Assembly: GCA_014584395.1 (NCBI GenBank)
Contig: JACTMY010000006.1
Location: forward strand, 59,800 to 123,799
Direction of reading: 5' to 3'
Origin: Planctomycetota bacterium
Lineage (GTDB): Bacteria; Planctomycetota; Planctomycetia; Gemmatales; HRBIN36
Length of the DNA: 64,000 bases
The notes beneath the pieces are model-generated. The model saw only the letters and a list, made by a program, of their open reading frames with translations. It was not told where the DNA came from and ran no database searches. Shown here piece by piece: positions 62,050-64,000 of the stretch; position 1 is the first letter of the stretch; each line of letters opens with the position of its first letter. A program made the translations under genes and the position numbers.

Positions 62050-64000
62050 TGAGGTGGTCATGGCTTGGGACACCGCGGATTACTTTCGCAAGCACAAAAA
62101 AATCGTCTTCGCCGTCTTGACGGTCATCGCCATGTTCGTGTTTATCATCGGCGATCCCCTCTCTTCGCGCGGTTTTGGAGACAACCCAAACCAGAAGCGC
62201 TCCCGGGGCTGGTTTACGGACGATGACTCCCAACTCGTGGCGGTCGTCGAAGGGCAAAAAATTTTTCCCGAAGACTTGAACGAGATGGCCATGACCAGGA
62301 CCGTGGTGCTGGCCTTCATCGGCGGCGTGGAAGTGCGCGGCCGGGCCGTGGTCTTTGGCCAACTAGGCTTCACGCCGCAGGAAATGCTTGAACTCGATCG
62401 GCTCATGCAAATTATGCAGCAATACGGCCAGCTTGCCGGACAGATTTTGAATCAACTACCCGAACCCAGGCGGAAACTGCTGGAACGCTACTTCGCGGCA
62501 CGCAACAGCCAGTTTGATCTTTGGCAATTGTCGACCATGTCGCGCGACTCGCTGAGCATGGATTACTACCAAAACTGGCAGCAAATGCAGGACCCAACGA
62601 CGGAACGCCCCCTGGGCACGTTCGAGCGCGGCACGGGCCGCGAATTCACCGCGCCGGAAACGCTTATCGACAACCTGTATTGGAAAAAACAGGCCGATAT
62701 CATGGGGATTGTTCTCACCCCCGCGCAAATCAAGGAAGATCTACTGCGCTGCGGCCGCGATCGCTTGACGGAAGTCGAATTGAATGAAGTTATGCGCGCC
62801 GTTCGCCAGCGCACCCAATCGACGATGACCTTGGATGAGATGTACAAGGAAATCGGCCACGAGCTGCGCGCCGCCATCGCGCGGACGGTGCTCCTGGGCG
62901 ATCAAGACAACAAATTGGCCCAGCTCACGCCCTTGGATTTATGGGAAGGCTACGTGCAACTCAAAACCCAATTGGACGTGGGTATTTTGCCCCTGGCCGC
63001 ATCGGATAACCAATTCATCAGCCAGGCTCCTTCGCCCAAACCGGAGGAGTTGAAAGCTTATTTCCACAAATACCGCGATAAACTGCCCGACCCCAACAGC
63101 GACACGCCGGGCTTCAAGGTTCCCAAGCTGCATAAGATCAGCTACCTGTATGCGAATCTGCGCGAGACTCAGGAAACCCGCAAGCATTATGAATCTTTCG
63201 TTCAACTGAGCCTGGCGCTCAACCCCCTCTATTTTCATTTGAGCTTGCTCCAGGAGTATGGACAACAATCGTTGCGCTACACCTCCAATGAAAGCATCTG
63301 GGATTTCACGCTCGGCGACGCCGCGAACCGGCAAGAGGTGCGCTTGCATCCTTTCGCCGCTCAGCCGGTCGATCCGATGCTCGGCGCGCAAACGTTGTGC
63401 GGCGCCGCGCTGCAGATGCTTCAGCCCGGTGCGGGGCATTGGGCCGTGCTGGCCACCCGGCATCCGAGCTTTCGCCTGCTCTCGCCCAAGGAACAAGCGG
63501 TCATGCAAGCCGCTCAAGCGCTGGCCCTGGCCAACGCGGCCGCGCTGCATTGGACCGGACTGTTGACCGCCTTCCCTGAAAAGCGCATCATACAAAGCAC
63601 GATCATCAAGCCCTTCGATGAAGTCCACGATCAATTGAAGTACGATTTCATCGAGGAACAGTGCCGCCAGGAATTGCAGCGCGACCTCAAGCACGTCGAG
63701 GCCGTCCTCACCGAATACGGCAAGCGCTACACCGAAAAGCGGCTCAAATGGCGCAACGTTCGCCGCACGACCAACGTCCCCTTCGATCCGCCGTTTTACG
63801 ATGAAGAGAAAAAGGTGACGCTGGACGAATATCTGATGCAGTTCGCTCAGAAGCGGGGTTTGCAATACGCCGTGAGCCAGGAGGCGCGGACGCAAGACGA
63901 TCTGGTCAAGGAAAGCTTGGAATCCTCGATCGGCACACTGAAAAACCTCTTCAAGTCGCAGTATGCTTTGATGCCGCAGGAGCAAATCGACCAGCAGATC
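62050..64000 (+). CDS. PpiD/SurA-N-like periplasmic chaperone (membrane-anchored), 3'-truncated by the window edge
   Basis: This ORF is not in the supplied track. I translated it by hand from ATG 62050 (GAGGTGG upstream) to position 64000 and found no stop (650 codons). The N-terminus MAWDTADYFRKHKKIVFAVLTVIAMFVFII is a PpiD-type signal anchor. The 348-aa minus-strand ORF 62939..63985 is its shadow. The family call is tentative. Confidence 0.6.

Noticed and set aside
62939-63985. 348-aa minus-strand ORF near the window end.
   Set aside because: It is antisense to the uninterrupted 650-codon PpiD-like frame that starts at 62050 with a good SD. Its composition (LLRHQSILRLEEVF...GDVGRAANVAPFE) shows no recognisable domain.

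Overview
This is a high-GC bacterial chromosome segment. The gene content suggests Planctomycetota (inference): a YTV-type Cys-rich wall protein, a DUF1573 protein, an hpnCDE squalene pathway and many Ser/Thr-kinase and TPR-type genes. The window has two parts.

(A) Positions 1 to about 14035 are an accessory island that ends at the 3' end of a tRNA-Arg(CCT) gene (14036..14108, minus strand). It holds very GC-rich, frameshifted or truncated lambda-like phage fragments: small-terminase-like HTH genes, a GpA large-terminase C-terminal half, a gpW-like gene, a portal N-terminus, a second terminase tail, a tape-measure piece and glycosyltransferase scraps. Between these fragments sit visibly lower-GC cargo cassettes:
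- a DUF3592-like membrane protein
- a secreted GH-like TIM barrel, DUF5946 and a BNR sialidase
- a TetR-controlled DinB/VOC/SRPBCC operon
- a MerR-controlled Cys-rich-domain/MerT/HMA fusion

(B) Positions 14.1 to 64 kb are core genome:
- plsY
- an LPS inner-core/heptose/lipid A cluster: GT4, two Kdo/WaaP-family kinases, a GT9 heptosyltransferase, hldE, a DHS-like gene and lpxK
- a hybrid histidine kinase, a class C acid phosphatase and CoA-transferase subunits A and B
- a diverged mtnB/mtnC-like pair
- feoA-feoA-feoB, divergent from an FMN reductase
- a family 4 UDG
- a fused hpnC-hpnD plus hpnE
- lysS, purM, hemL, purA and topA
- a Ser/Thr kinase and a DUF62 SAM hydrolase
- a PpiD/SurA-like gene that runs off the 3' end of the window and is missing from the ORF track

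Many long ORFs in the track are antisense shadows typical of high-GC DNA. The track also translates GTG and TTG starts as M, so several starts were re-chosen here. I saw no CRISPR array, rRNA, intact IS element or integrase.

The observations I rate highest are the merA-less MerR / three-domain MerT fusion module, the mosaic tRNA-linked island, the mtnB/mtnC-like pair with substituted catalytic residues, the poly-acidic protein, the fused HpnC-HpnD and the YTV repeat protein. All family assignments come from reading motifs by eye. No database search was run.
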